A program made the translations under genes and the position numbers. From Octopus sinensis (taxonomy: Eukaryota), in contig NW_021833028.1 of the NCBI RefSeq assembly GCF_006345805.1, positions 143,463 to 207,462 of the forward strand: a stretch of DNA of 64,000 nt, read 5' to 3'. Below the pieces are notes generated by a model. That model was given only the letters and a program-made list of their open reading frames with translations, made no database searches and was not told the DNA's origin. Shown here piece after piece: positions 22,571 to 35,343 of the stretch; position 1 is the first letter of the stretch; every line of letters starts with the position of its first letter.

Positions 22571-22849
22571 CTTGCAGATAGACAGGGGGTCCAGCTCGGA
22601 CTTGCGTAGCTCAGAACGGAGCGGATGTTTTATTTGTAGAATCGTTTGAGGAGTGGTTTCTGGGCACCAGTGATGTGACCACTTATTATTTGTAGAATGT
22701 TTGTACGCCTGTTTTCTTTGTCCGAGATGTTTGAGACATGTTTGTTTAAGGACATGGTTGGGTCAAAGCTAAGTTCAAGATGCTTATGGTTGGTCAGTGT
22801 CAGTGTAGTCAGTGTGGTGTTTGAATAACGGTTTGCATAGTTTCATAAT

Positions 22850-23045
22850 TAATACTGATCATGGACTTGAGTTTTGCAACTCACAGATGATGAAGTTGTA
22901 TGAAGAATTTAAAATTCGTCATGTCAGGGGGAAACCCAGACGTACTTGGATACAGGAATAAGTTAAACGACTCAATCAGAGATTGAAATGGATGCTCAGT
23001 TCTACGTTTTAACCAACGGGAATGGATTTCGTTGGATTGATACCG
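22850..23045 (+). mobile_element. Decayed Ginger2/TDD-like integrase fragment
   Basis: TDHGLEFCN...IRHVRGKPRRTWIQE.V.RLNQRLKWMLSS is homologous to the integrase at 59527-59830. Confidence 0.7.
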
Positions 23046-24350
23046 ATCCTCTCTGTCCCCGTATCATGTCAAAACTGATCGAGGGTGACACCAGAGCAGC
23101 AATAAGAGTTCTGGCCTCCAATGGTAGGCATACTTTCATTAACTAAAAATGTAATCAACACATTGAAGAGCAAACACCCTCCCGCACCTGCAAACCTCAG
23201 GTCATTTCCATCCATAAAATCCACGGCCTCCTTTTTGAGACTCACTAACGATGCAATTTGTCGAGCTCTCAATACTTTTTCGTGTAGGAGTAGTGCAGGC
23301 ATTGAGGGTCTCCGCCTAAGTCACCCTTGAAACCTCATTTCCCTAGTGATCGGCCCAACAGGCTCGCTGCTCCTTACCTCGATCAGGGAACTAGTCAACA
23401 ACCTTTTATCTTCAGATTTATCTGCTTCCGCTCGTGGACTCATTTTCTCCGCCTATCTAGGTTCTTTTTTCCAAAAAATGGCGGTGTACGTCCAAATCGC
23501 CGTCGGAGACGTTTTCCGCTGCCTAGCTTTAATGCTTGCATGCTAATCCTCCTTCCTGGAAATCTCAAAAGCTTTTCTTTAGCTACAGCTTAGAGTCATG
23601 GTTCCCTTAAGCTTGAAACACCGGTGGATACTGCCATATGTTTTGTGACCGAGATTTAACAACCCATAGTCAAACTTACGCATTTAACAATGTTCACCGT
23701 GACTCTTTGCTGTAATCTTGCTTCTTTCGTTGCCCAACAATTTATGGGTTCGTGCTCTAAACCTACAGCTCTCCTTTTTTTATTTCTAGCTCTTCTACCA
23801 TTATTTCTGCCACCGGTGTACAACAGGGCGACCCACTCTGCTCCTTTCTTTTTTCTCCGGCAATCGATGAGAAAGTCCACTTGAGTTTAAGTCCGCTAGC
23901 TGTCCACAAAGATGTGCCGAATGCTAGCTCTTCGTCCTGAGCAATCCAGAGGGGAGAGAAAGAATCTAGATTAGACCGCATAGGTCTACACCAGGTTTCT
24001 TGTAATAACCATGAGAGAATCGCAAGGCACGCGGAGCTTAATAGCATTGTAAAACGTTTGATTGAGGCAGCCAATATCCCGTGCCTCCCTCTGGTCTTAC
24101 CAGGAAAGACGGTAAGAGGATAGACGGCGTCTAGCTTTTCTGTAAAAGTGATTGGATGCGACATGCTCCGACAGTTTTGCGTCAACATGTCTTCTCACGT
24201 CTGCGACCTAAGCCTACACAGCAACAAAAAAAAGGGAGATTCGCAAAATAAATACGGATCTCTATTGGACAGATTTTTCTTTGAACCTGTGTCAACCGAA
24301 ACTTCAGGCTCACTACACCTATTTTTCAATATTAGTCACTATTCTCTTTA
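23040..24350 (+). mobile_element. Decayed CRE-like retrotransposon
   Basis: LKSKHPPAP, SSAGIEGLRLSH, KNGGVRP and RHAELNSIVKRL...GKTV.G...WM.TCSD remnants. Confidence 0.8.
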
Positions 24351-24433
24351 TTCTTATACCCGATGCAACTTAACCTATTGAAAATGTAAGCTAAAAATAG
24401 CCAAAGATAATAAAAAAAACAAAGATTGACCAA

Positions 24434-26689
24434 TCATAAAATAGAAACACCAAAAAAAGAATATTTGACAGTTTCCATAAACTCCCTGACCTGCACTTGG
24501 GTAAAAAACTGAAAATAATAAAACTCTAATAAACTTTGTGCAACATTTTGTCATTTCCTGCAATCAAGGACACCAAGTCAAACACCTCTGCGTCCTTCCC
24601 CATTACTTGATGCATTTGCAACAGACGAAAACAATTCTCCACAACATACGTGTCTCTAACCACACCAAACTCGCCCTCCTACCTACTCAATCTCACTAAA
24701 CCATACAAAAACATCTTCAACTGGATCAAATACGGTCGACAAAAAGTCGTTTATTGACAAGGATGCGATTGCATGGTTAACTGTAGTCAACTCGGGGGAT
24801 TCCTTTTGGCAGGAGTCGAACCACTTGTCATAGGCAGTCCTGCACTTCTAATACTCATGAACAGGTACGACCCACCACTAAAGTAGCAAAAAAAGTATAT
24901 TTCTGGGTTTCTTTTTCATCCAAAAAACATCCTCCGAACAAATCATGCGAACTCAGTCGATTAAAAATGGTCGGAAAAATAGAAAAATTGTCATCAAGCA
25001 CGGATTTGAGCAAAACATTGTTAAGAACTCGAAGCAAACTGGGGAAATGAGTCGGAATAAACAACATCCATTCCATATTATCCACTATATCAATACTCTA
25101 AGATATGAATGAAAGTAACAACATTGGATGTCTTTAGTAAGGCAATTCCTATCTCAACCACAGGAAGTCTATTCTGGCGACACAAATCAAAACAGGTTCT
25201 CCCATTTCTAGTTTGCAATGAAATAGCTGCTCTGTAGATTCGACAAGCTGAGCTAATTTGATTTTCCAAACTAAGAAATGGCACATATCCCACTGCAATA
25301 CGCCAGGAACCGTCATCAAGGAGCCTTGATATGTTCTTATCCAAGAGTAGCTGAAACACATTTGTCTAAAATTATCATTATCCCGAACTGCTATCAGATT
25401 CTTGTCTTGTTTTCCCCTTATGAGAAATACATGAAGTACAAGTCGAATAACTGACGAATTGAACCGATCTATGTTGTGTTCGATAAAAGACTGGACTGAT
25501 TGAAAGTCCAAGAAAACCAATTTGAACAAATTAAATGATATATCATGTCTATAGCATGACATATTTTCCTCATTTAGCATATTTTTCAAATCAAACCTAG
25601 AGCATTTAATGATATAATACAACTCAAGTGAATTTGAGTAGCCACGATCATCCAACTCCTTAATAGAGCACTTAACCGTATCCAAACTAATATTAGACTT
25701 CTAGGTTAGCAAACCATTCAAGTGATTCATTTCCATTATCCCTATTTATTGTTGCACTATCATTGATCGTGTCACTAAATTAAATCATTAAAACAGGTAA
25801 TGTACTCGTAAAGGGGCCTAGCAGTGCCTAGTGAACACAGTGCAGCCCAAGTAGCGTCAGCCCAGTCACTGCACACTGGAAGAACTGCCTTGAACTGCCC
25901 CGTTAGGACGCCAAAGAGGGCACGTTCGTAATCAGAGAGTGATTTCTATAAAATAGAAAATTCTAGAAAATACAAGGATAGTATATTCAGCACAACACTT
26001 CCTCCAAAGAGAGGAGGTGCCTTCTAATAAAAGCCCTCGCCAAGGATCCTCCTCTAAACATGCCTTTTTAGCCTATTTTTGATTTTTTAGCAATTTTTAA
26101 GATCAACCTCCTCAATTCTTCCCGCTCTGACATATTCGAACAATATTTTGGCAGTAGATGCCTCAGCATGTGCAAAATGCTGATCAAATTTATCAAGAAA
26201 AATGGAATCTGGACCATATTTGCAGCAATTAGGAGATCTATAGATCCCAAAACAATAGAATACAGACGACTTGCTCTTAGGGCAGCAACAAGATCTTCCG
26301 AGTTTGTAGAAACCGAATAGTTTTGCTCAAACCATCTAATAGCTACCTAGAATTGAGTGATAATGATACGACCTGAATAGAACTTTGAAAATTTTTCCCT
26401 TCCAAGTTTATTAAAAGACGCCATAATTGGGCTTCCTCGTTAATATTTTTGTAAAATAATTCAATTTGTTCTCTTAATTTTAACAGTATAAATAACTTTG
26501 TAAGAGTTGTGAAATTTATAGAACTTCTGAGATCAGCTCTCAACCTTCTGACAGGCTCGTCAAAAATATCTGAAAATTTTTCATTTTGTGAGACTATATT
26601 GTAGTACCCAACATCAATTAGATTTTGAACTAATATTTCTCATAAAATCAATCACTTTTTGTTTCGATTGATACATCGACACAAGACAT
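24434..26689 (-). CDS. NUP107: Nucleoporin Nup107/Nup84, multi-exon
   Basis: Manual splicing gives LFEYVRAGRIEE|AKKAC..PWRG, YERALFGVLTGQFKAVLPVCSDWADATWA and C-terminal LHK|FFTQVQVREF; all introns found are GT-AG, 23-35 nt. Confidence 0.85.
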
Positions 26690-26871
26690 ACAAATGAACG
26701 TTAATAACTTTATGTTTAAAATATTTAAAAAAAAATAATTTCTTAATAATATACTAATTTTTTAGTTTTATCTCATAACTATGGTTTTTATAATTGAAAT
26801 ACAGTTAAACCTCATTTGTTATAGGAACCGGAAGATTTTTAAAAAAAATATAAATTTTTAAAAATTGCAAC

Positions 26872-28504
26872 TCAAACCAAATTATTAAAACGATCATAAT
26901 TTCCACTGAAATCAATAATCTTTGCAACATAATCTGCAAAATCAAGAAGCCTACAATCGTCGTATTTTCTAGCTATCAGCTGACACGACATTGCAAGTCC
27001 ATCAGACGACAATCCACATGGAATTGAAATGGAGGGAACCCCTTTCATTTAATCTCATGAGGAAAACCCGCTAAATTTGCTGGGATTGTTAAAATATCAT
27101 AATCTATCCCACTCTTCTCAGCCTCCTCAAATTCGGCAAAAGTCGGGGGCAAATGTGTAGTCGTGGGCATCAGTAAAAAATCCACGAACTCAAAAATACG
27201 AGAAAAATCGTCAGAAATAAGACGTCGAACCTTCATGGCCTGCTCGTAGTAGTTTTTGTAGTTCCTAGGATTAACATTAGCAAGTTTAAACTCTTTTAAA
27301 AGAAAATAATTTCCGGCAATAATGCGCTTCTTCACTTTCTCCCCGAAAGACGCTGTCCGATTAACACAAATTTCATCCTCAAAGTGGCCCGTCATTTCTG
27401 GTGATGAAAATCCTCACAACGTGAATTACCGTACCCAACCATATCGAACACCGTCGTACCGGGCCATATTCGAGCACACGTCAGAATAACAAATGACGTC
27501 ATAACATAAACTTGATAAACCCACGTGAGGTAGGACTACTTGGTTGACTATTTCAATATTATGTCCTTCAATAAGTTCAGCAATTCGGTTAATCTCTCGA
27601 ATTACTTGAGAATCGGCATTTCCCTTGACAAATCGAAGATCGAGCACTCCGACCCGGATTGTGGACCAGTCAGAGTATTCATTGCTAAATAGATTTTTAA
27701 CCCGAGAAATTGTCAAATCCGCTCCATCAGGCCCATCGGATAATATTTTTGCACATAACTTAATATCACAAACATGACGTGACATGAAGGAAGGGGTGTC
27801 AAGTGAATTGGCCAAGGGGATCAACCCATGACGAGAATAAATTCCAAAACTGGGTTTAAAGCCAACTACTCCACAAAAAGCAGCAGGAAGTCTAACCGAC
27901 CCTCCCGTGTCCTCTCCTAATGAACTGAGAAATATAAAAATATAACAACATGGTGGATACTCCTAAAAGTGCAGAGACCGCGCTCCCACTTGAGCTTCCC
28001 CCACAAATTCTGTTTTTGTCCCAAGGATTGGTGACGACGCCGAAATGACTACTGACCCCCCCACTTCTTCAAAATTGTCAAAAAATGCAAACCCCATACT
28101 AAATTCATCCAAATTTGTTTTTGCCGAAACAATTGCTCCATTTTTGAGTAATTTGTTAACTAAATTCGCAGAGTAATGTGATTTGAAGTCTTTGAGTGTT
28201 TTCGATCCACACGTGGTCCTCATTCCCGCCACACAATATGAGTCTTTGACGGTAACATTAAAGCCATAAAGTGCTCCTTTAGATTCTGCAAAAATAGTAC
28301 TTTTCTCGGCTATCGATGTTAGGAATAAATGTTTAAATTGATGCTTGTCTATTTTATCTAATAAAGCGTTGTGATTGTTTGCTGAAATTAGAGATTTCCA
28401 TATTTTTTCAACTACTTCCTCACAGTTTTGAGGCAAGTTTTTTCTAATCTGTTAAAAAAACTCAACAGTTTATCAACCTCATTAACAGGACCAAAAAATC
28501 GCAT
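26872..28504 (-). CDS. QRSL1: Mitochondrial glutamyl-tRNA(Gln) amidotransferase subunit A (amidase signature), 6 exons
   Basis: VKDSY, KTNLDEFSMG, CGGSSSGSA, LGEDTGGSVRLPAAFCG, SNMARYDGVRYG, VKKRIIAG and IPANLAG|VPSISIP motifs; five introns of 25-29 nt. Confidence 0.93.
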
Positions 28505-28796
28505 CACTACAACCTGAACATTTCTAATAATTATTTAAATTAATTTATTAAAGTAATTTTTTACATCTATTTAAATGATTTCGTAAACATAAAAATCAAT
28601 AACTTTAAAAATGCACCGGAAAAAATATACTTAAAAGTTAGAATAACTATATTTTGTAATAAAAATTCAATAATAAAAATTTAAAATCCAATACGTTGTG
28701 TAGTACTAATGTGTTCTCAAAAATTATCAAATATAAATATACAAACAGTACATAACTTACAAAAAATAGTTTAAATGTCGTCAAAAACATAATAAA

Positions 28797-29364
28797 TTAA
28801 ATAGCAGCCTTCTCAGATGTTTGCTCCGAATTTCGTTTGAGGATGGCCTGAGCCTTAAGGGATTCAAATTCCCTCAATATCTCCTTCTTCCTGCATATCA
28901 TAGCCAGCTGATCAGTCACCAAGGAACTCCTATCCATCGCTTCTAGTTCGGAAATATGCTCAATTTTTTTCAGCAGATGTTTATATCTATTTTGTTGGGT
29001 CTTTCCGAGGTATTGTAGAGTGTTTTGAGTGAGGACTTCGCGGGAAATGTTAAAATCTTTCATTGCGTCATTCAGTCCCTCAATTAACGAATCCTGCTGG
29101 TATTGCAGATATTCCTGAGATCCTGGTTGGATGGAATTCTTTTCTAATCTTAATCGTTCTTGTTTTTTGTATTTGCTTTCATAACTACACACTTATATTT
29201 ATTTTGTACCGTGGGGCCTGTTCGCTGGGGATGTAGCCTTCCTTGACACGGACCGACTTCCGCCATGTCCCATCTGGTCGTTGTGTAGGAACTGTATAGA
29301 AATGGCCTGCCTTTACTTTTTAGTGTGCATAACCTGAATCAGATCTATAAATCTTCTCTGGCAT
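28797..29364 (-). CDS. PYM1: Partner of Y14 and Mago (PYM/WIBG), 3 exons
   Basis: Spliced N-terminus [31 protein letters not shown]; C-terminal KIEHISELE...LVTDQLAMI motif. Confidence 0.9.
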
Positions 29365-29479
29365 TTTACAACCAACAAGCACTCGTTTGCTACTAAATTT
29401 TATTATTTTTTCAAATTATGAATTATTTATAAATAATTTAAAAACATACTTCGCAATTTTCTTAGCTTCAGCAGAGCAG

Positions 29480-30075
29480 GAAGTAGAATCTATGAAGATG
29501 AGGAAAACGAATTGACAGGGTTACATCCCATACGAGGGAAATAATGCAGACCCGTCAGGACGATTTCCGTTCCAAGCGGTCTAGGCCAACTGATTCCAGT
29601 ACTGAAGGGAATCCAGCGGCGTTATCCACGCGCTTTACAACATCATGTAGTGGTGTGTGCCTGGGGATGCTATCAGCGCTGAGTTGACAAAAGAGAGGAT
29701 GAAATCTCCGCCTGTCGATGATTTTGCCACACTTGCAGCAATGTGGCTGACATATCTCAATTTAAAGGTCTATACAGATGCCGATGCGGACTGATTCGTT
29801 GTCCAGGAAGCGCATTCCCTGTGTCGGCAGTTACCGGAGAACGCAGATTGATGGGTTTCATTCCATCAATTCCCCACTGCTACTGAGAGAAAAGGAAGTG
29901 AGGGCAGCAGTTACTTCTCCTGAAGTGATGGAATATACACAACAATTGGATCCAGTAATTAATTCTGGGGTTTCAGATAAATCAACGTGTGTAGCAGGGT
30001 TTTTCGAGAGTATTTGATTGAGAAACTTGTCTGAAGCAGAGGAAATTGTTGAGTTTGAGGAGATAACATGCACAG
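29480..30075 (-). mobile_element. CRE-like retrotransposon remnant with the RT core deleted
   Basis: ITSGEVTAALTSFSLSSSG is joined directly to FLDNESVRIGIC...CCKCG...PRHTPLHDVVKR...PDG. Confidence 0.8.
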
Positions 30076-32595
30076 CAATAGTTTTTCCGCCCTCTCTTGT
30101 TTAAAGACTATCAAACTATAAATAGTCAAAAGTTTTTGATAAGAATTATAATTAATAGTTATTCCTTTTCGTTATTTGTAGTGTTTTATTCCATCAACCT
30201 CACCCTCTTAGGGCCCACGTTCAGTAAACGGATGGGCAGATTCATGTCAACCCGCAGTCTAGATTCAGGGACTACCTCTTCAACAGGATCGATAACCCGT
30301 GCCTTGTCTCGGCTTGCATGCTTTCTAAGGTCTTCCGCAACACCAGTGTCTGGATGTATGCCTTCGTCCTTCACGCCAACCACCGCCAGATGGTTTTTGA
30401 AGTATTTTGACACTATTCCGTCACAGGTCAATGACGACAGAAACGATCTTTACCTTCGCCCGGTGGATCGCTCCCAGTTCATTTGCTAGCAAGTCGTATT
30501 TGTGGAACTTTTCCACTTCGACCTGCTTGAGACAATTCTGTGAAATGATCCCCACCTCGATAAGCGTAATTGTATTGCTCGATTTGTCGTGAACAAATAT
30601 GTCGGGTTTGTTATTCAGGATAGCATTATCAGTCTGGAGGTTTGTATCGACTCGGATTTCCACAAATTCATTGGTGGTTACAGATTGGACTGAATGGGTT
30701 TTTAATTTTTTCGAATTTTTAATTCCATATTGGCGACATGATGTAAATGCAAGCATTTGACCACTTCGTTATGGCGTCTAAATAGGGGCCGTTAAGCATT
30801 CGCCCACATCTGGTAACAAGGTGACCGACGGTCTTCTTGGATGAGTTGCAGTGGTTGCATTTATTCTTTCCGTTGCTGAAAAACAAGTTCCGGACTTGCA
30901 ACAGGCACAGATTTCTTCAGTCCGGGAGAATTGTTTCCATGAATTAACCACCCGCAAGCCTCATACACATCAACTTCGGTATTTTTTAGACATTCGAACA
31001 AAGTAGAGTGCAAGGGCTTCTTTTCGATTTTTTTCATAGATATTCACGTTGAAGTTTTACCAGGTCCTATATTTTCAATTCATTCACATTTTCATTGTAT
31101 TTTCGAGACAAGAATTCTGCGATAGTGGCCATATGCGTTTTCTTTGAATTGATGACCCGCAGAATTCCTGCTCTTCTTAGTCAGTAGTTTGCCTTATGTT
31201 TCAAATCACCATAAAATTGAAGAAGCATTCTCTCCGACTTATTACTAACTGACTCCAGGCGTCTCCCAAATTCCTTTCTTGGAAGATAAAGTCTTTCTTT
31301 GTTTGCGGGTTTCAAGTGGATATGATTGTCCATAAGAATTCGAAGAATATTTTCTGCTCGAACTCTCCGGGCTCAATATCAATCAATCCAATATAATAGT
31401 TATAGAGCGAGACTGCGTGTTCGTTTATAGCCTTGAAGGTGAGAGAATCTCCTTGCAGTATACCTTTATTGATTTTAACTTCTCCCAGTGTTCTGTTTTC
31501 CAAATTTATACTGATTTTCCTTTTGGTAGTGAGTTTCTTGATAAAACATTACCATCTAACACAAAAGGCCAGAGTTTTGCAGGGTCTGGATTAAGAATTC
31601 GTGGTCGACTGAGTCAAATGCTTTTCTCACATCAATCCACATAAAGATAGCTTATTCCCATTTTGCTGGTTGATACAATGATTTACAATTGCCTGTTCCT
31701 TCGATCCTTGACACATTCTTCGTGTTCCAAGTTGATTGTCGCTAACAAGACCATATGCTTCGATATATTCGGATAATTTGTTGTTCACACACTTTGTCAT
31801 CAGTTTATACAGATTGAGCATACAGGTAATTGGTCTCAAATCCTTGGGCGAATCACATACATCCATTTACGTAATTCCGGTGTAAAACCAATCTTCCGAC
31901 GTATATTCATCTTTTATTATTTTCCGTATCTCCTCGCATAGGGGTCCATGGACAGCAGTGAAGCTCTTTATAAAAAAAGTTGTAAACTCCATCACATCCA
32001 CTTGCTTTCCAATTTGGGAGAGCTTTTATAATATCAATAATTCCTTCATTTGGAAACTCGGCAAAAGTAATCTCAGAGCCAGTGACTCTTTTCGTAACCA
32101 GAAAAATGCTTTCGTTCCGTTCATGTTTACTCCAGATGTTGATCCAGAACGGAAGGCATTCCTCTTGATTAAAATTAATTACTGCCTTCTTATTATTCCC
32201 ACTGACTGATCTATAGAACCGTCTTCTATTTAGTTCATAACACCAATTCGCTTTTCGGAATTCCTTCCTTGAGTCGTAAACCCTCATTTTCTTTTCCATA
32301 ATCTTATCCCGGATTAAAGAAGCAATCCTCTCGATATCTCCTTTTTTTGATTTTTAAAGCCATATGAGCACAAGGTGTCACGCTGTTCGTCAGTGAGTTT
32401 CTTCTTCATCATCATTTCGTTAGCAGTTAATACTTGCTCCAGCTGTAGTTTAAATTTGGCGATTTTCCCCTTCATTGATTCTTTCCAGTTATTCTTAGGA
32501 CTGGACTTGTTGGTAAGGCTTTCATATGTGCACTGTCCTGCATAGATGATATCGGTAATATCGTTGATATTTAAATTTGGAAGGAGACCAATATA

Positions 32596-35081
32596 CAGTG
32601 GTCGTCAAAAAAAATTGCTCACCAATGTTTATGTCTTTATATAGCATTATTCTGATTTATTTTTTTGTAAACATCTTTAAGTAGTATTTCATTATTATAC
32701 CTTAATTTTTATAATAAAATTTTTCTTTTTTATTTACAAACTTAAACAAAAACAAAAAATTGCAAGACAAAAAACATTAGCACAAATTTGGAAATCTCAT
32801 TATCAGTAATTATTATGTCCTCCACTTGCTAAATATAAAGAATAACTCCTTTTTCTCATTGAATTTACTAAGTTTTGTAAAAAACTTTTAGGAATTGACT
32901 GCCAAATTTTCATAATATTTGTCTTTAGATCCTCTTTACTTTTCGGGGGATTTTTAGCTAATTCTCTTTTCATAAAGCACCATACATGCTCTATTGCAGG
33001 CATTCTCAACCTTTTTTTGTTCATCGCCCCCTTAGATATTTTATCGCCCCCCTTTGAAATTTTATCGCCCCCTTGTCCACATACAATTTAAAAATTTTGG
33101 GCATTGTCCCTTAATTGGTTGTTTTTTGTATATAACTCAAAAATCAAAATATAAAATAATAAATCAAATGTAAAAAATTGAATTTTTATTAAAAATTATT
33201 AGTGAGACCCTTGATATTGATGTTTACTCGCTAAATATTCTATGTCGGGTTTAAATCCCATTAAAACAGCTTTAGCTTTCATCAATTTGTAATGAAAACT
33301 TACTTCGCTTCAGTCTTTCAATAAGGATTTCCTTTACATTGTCACCCATTTTATCAATTCTTCGACGAATCACCTGAACGTGTTAGTTAATGGTTAAGAC
33401 GGTGATTTTGTTTGGCTTAAATAATAATCGAATCATTGCTAAGAGGTAGACTTTTAATAATTTTAGAAGCATCTTGATGCATTACATCCGATATTATTAC
33501 TTCCAGTGATGGAATTATTGCATTTTCTGGGATAGTATGAGAACTGGAAGTTTTCGCAATAATTTCAGCAATTTTATAAGAAGCGATGTGCGCACCCACA
33601 ACTACATATAAATAAATGTTAAATAACCATCATGTACTGGCTTTGTGAATAACGATTTGATCGTTTTCTTATTTTCAAAATTGTATTTTAAATTTTGAAA
33701 ATATTCAATCGGCTTTGACATTTTATCCGGGTGCTTGCGTTTTACATGATCCTGTAATCGTGATGGCTTCATCGACTCATTTGAGAAAGAACATTGACAA
33801 ATAAGACAATAAGGCTGTTTTGTATCTTCAGTACTTTGAATAAACCCATATTTTAAATATTCGTTTTGATAATGACGACTTTTCTTATTTGAGCGAGAAG
33901 ACATCTTAGATACCAAACAAGAATGTAAAAACAGCGTGCTATTTTAAAATTGCCCCCTTGTAAAAAATTATCGCCCCCCTGTACAAAATTTTCGCCCCTA
34001 GGGAAGCGATTCGCCCCCGGTTGAGAACACCTGCTCTATTGGATTAAGATCCGGTGATTGCGATGGCCAATCAAGAATAACATATTTTTTGGTTTCGAAA
34101 TATGCCTTAACCATACGAGATGTATGGCATGGAGCATTATCCTGTTGAAAAATAAACGAGGATAAGCCATTTTTTCAGCTGATTGGTCCTGATTATTAGA
34201 CAGTAAATTTATATAATATCCAGAGTTCATAGTTTCTTCGATAAAAACCAAATTGCCTACACCACTATACAATATACAGCCCCAAATCATAACTCTCCCT
34301 ACTCCGAACTTAACAGTCGGCAGCAAATGTGCATTTTTTAACTTCGTTTTATTTTTTCTGTAAACAACCTGATGTTTTCTGTTGTTAAAAACATCGAACA
34401 TTGACTCATCTGAGAATATCACCGATTTCCATGTACTATCGGATATCGATAAAAATCGTAGTGACGCAGACCATATCGAAATAATATTTTTTGAGAAAGC
34501 AATGGCTTTCTTTTTGCTACACGACAATATACCCCATTTTTATTCAAAGTTCTCAGAATTGTCCTAGGGGAAACATCAATATTGAAAGTTTCTTTAGTTT
34601 TGTTGGACAAATCCACTGTCAACAATGTAGGATGTGATTCGGATTCATTACATAAAAATTGTATTTGGGGGGAACTTAGTTTCGGAAGACGTCCTGAGCC
34701 CGGTCTCCGATGCAGTGTTCCAAATTCTCGAAATTTTCGAATATTAAATGAAATTGTGGAATACGGCAAATTAAGTATTTTTGAGATTTCTCTGATTGAT
34801 TTACCCTCTTTAAAGTACGCAATAATCATACCTTTTTTAAATTCAGTTAACTGTTTCTTGGGAGAACGTGACATATGCAATAACAAGAAAGGTGAGCAAT
34901 GTTTTTTGTCACGAGATTTAAATTTTTATGCTTTAAATTCCTTATATTAAAATAAAATCGCATAAATAAATTAATATACTTAAGAATTAGAATAAAAAAT
35001 GAAGCGTAAGATTAAATTTTTTATTAATTTGTCAATAAAAGCATGAAAAAATGGCTGAGCAAATTTTTTTGACGAGCACTG
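32596..35081 (-). mobile_element. Tc1-like element containing a nested hAT
   Basis: TA|CAGTGGTCGTCAAAAAAA...TTTTTTTGACGAGCACTG|TA; HTH, RPGSGR, VIFSDES and DLNPIE|HVW motifs, with the last split by the nested hAT. Confidence 0.93.
32997..34033 (-). mobile_element. Internally deleted hAT Buster/Charlie (ZBED5-like) element
   Basis: TIRs CAGGCATTCTCAACC / GGTTGAGAACACCTG; perfect 8-bp TSD CTCTATTG; ATCGCCCCC subterminal repeats; YLKYGFI..CLIC..SMKPSRL..H.KRKHP and LPLSND motifs. Confidence 0.95.
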
Positions 35082-35343
35082 TATTATTTGATTGATGCGT
35101 TGATTCCATTTAAAATGTCCTTTTTCAACCGTTGTCTTGAAAGATGAACTGAAAGGTCACAAGTAAACATTTCTTGTGCTCCAAACACATCCTGGACCAC
35201 ATTTTCTACGGTATTTTGGCGTTTTCTTTGGATTGTCTCCGTAGATTGGTCGTCAGAGAGGTTTCTGTTCACATTGTCAAAAACCAACAAAAGTCAAAAT
35301 ATTCATATTCGACATAAGTGAGCCACCTCATCCAAAAAATAAA

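Larger units (their letters stand above)
30100..35320 (-). mobile_element. R2/R4-like RLE non-LTR retrotransposon, split by a Tc1 insertion and internally deleted
   Basis: ORF pieces NWKASGCDG, DLRPITC, NQLGTRRMCQGSKEQA, ILQGDSL, CNHC..TVGHL..C, NNKPDIFVHDK..IEVGI and TWDGIVSKY. Confidence 0.9.
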
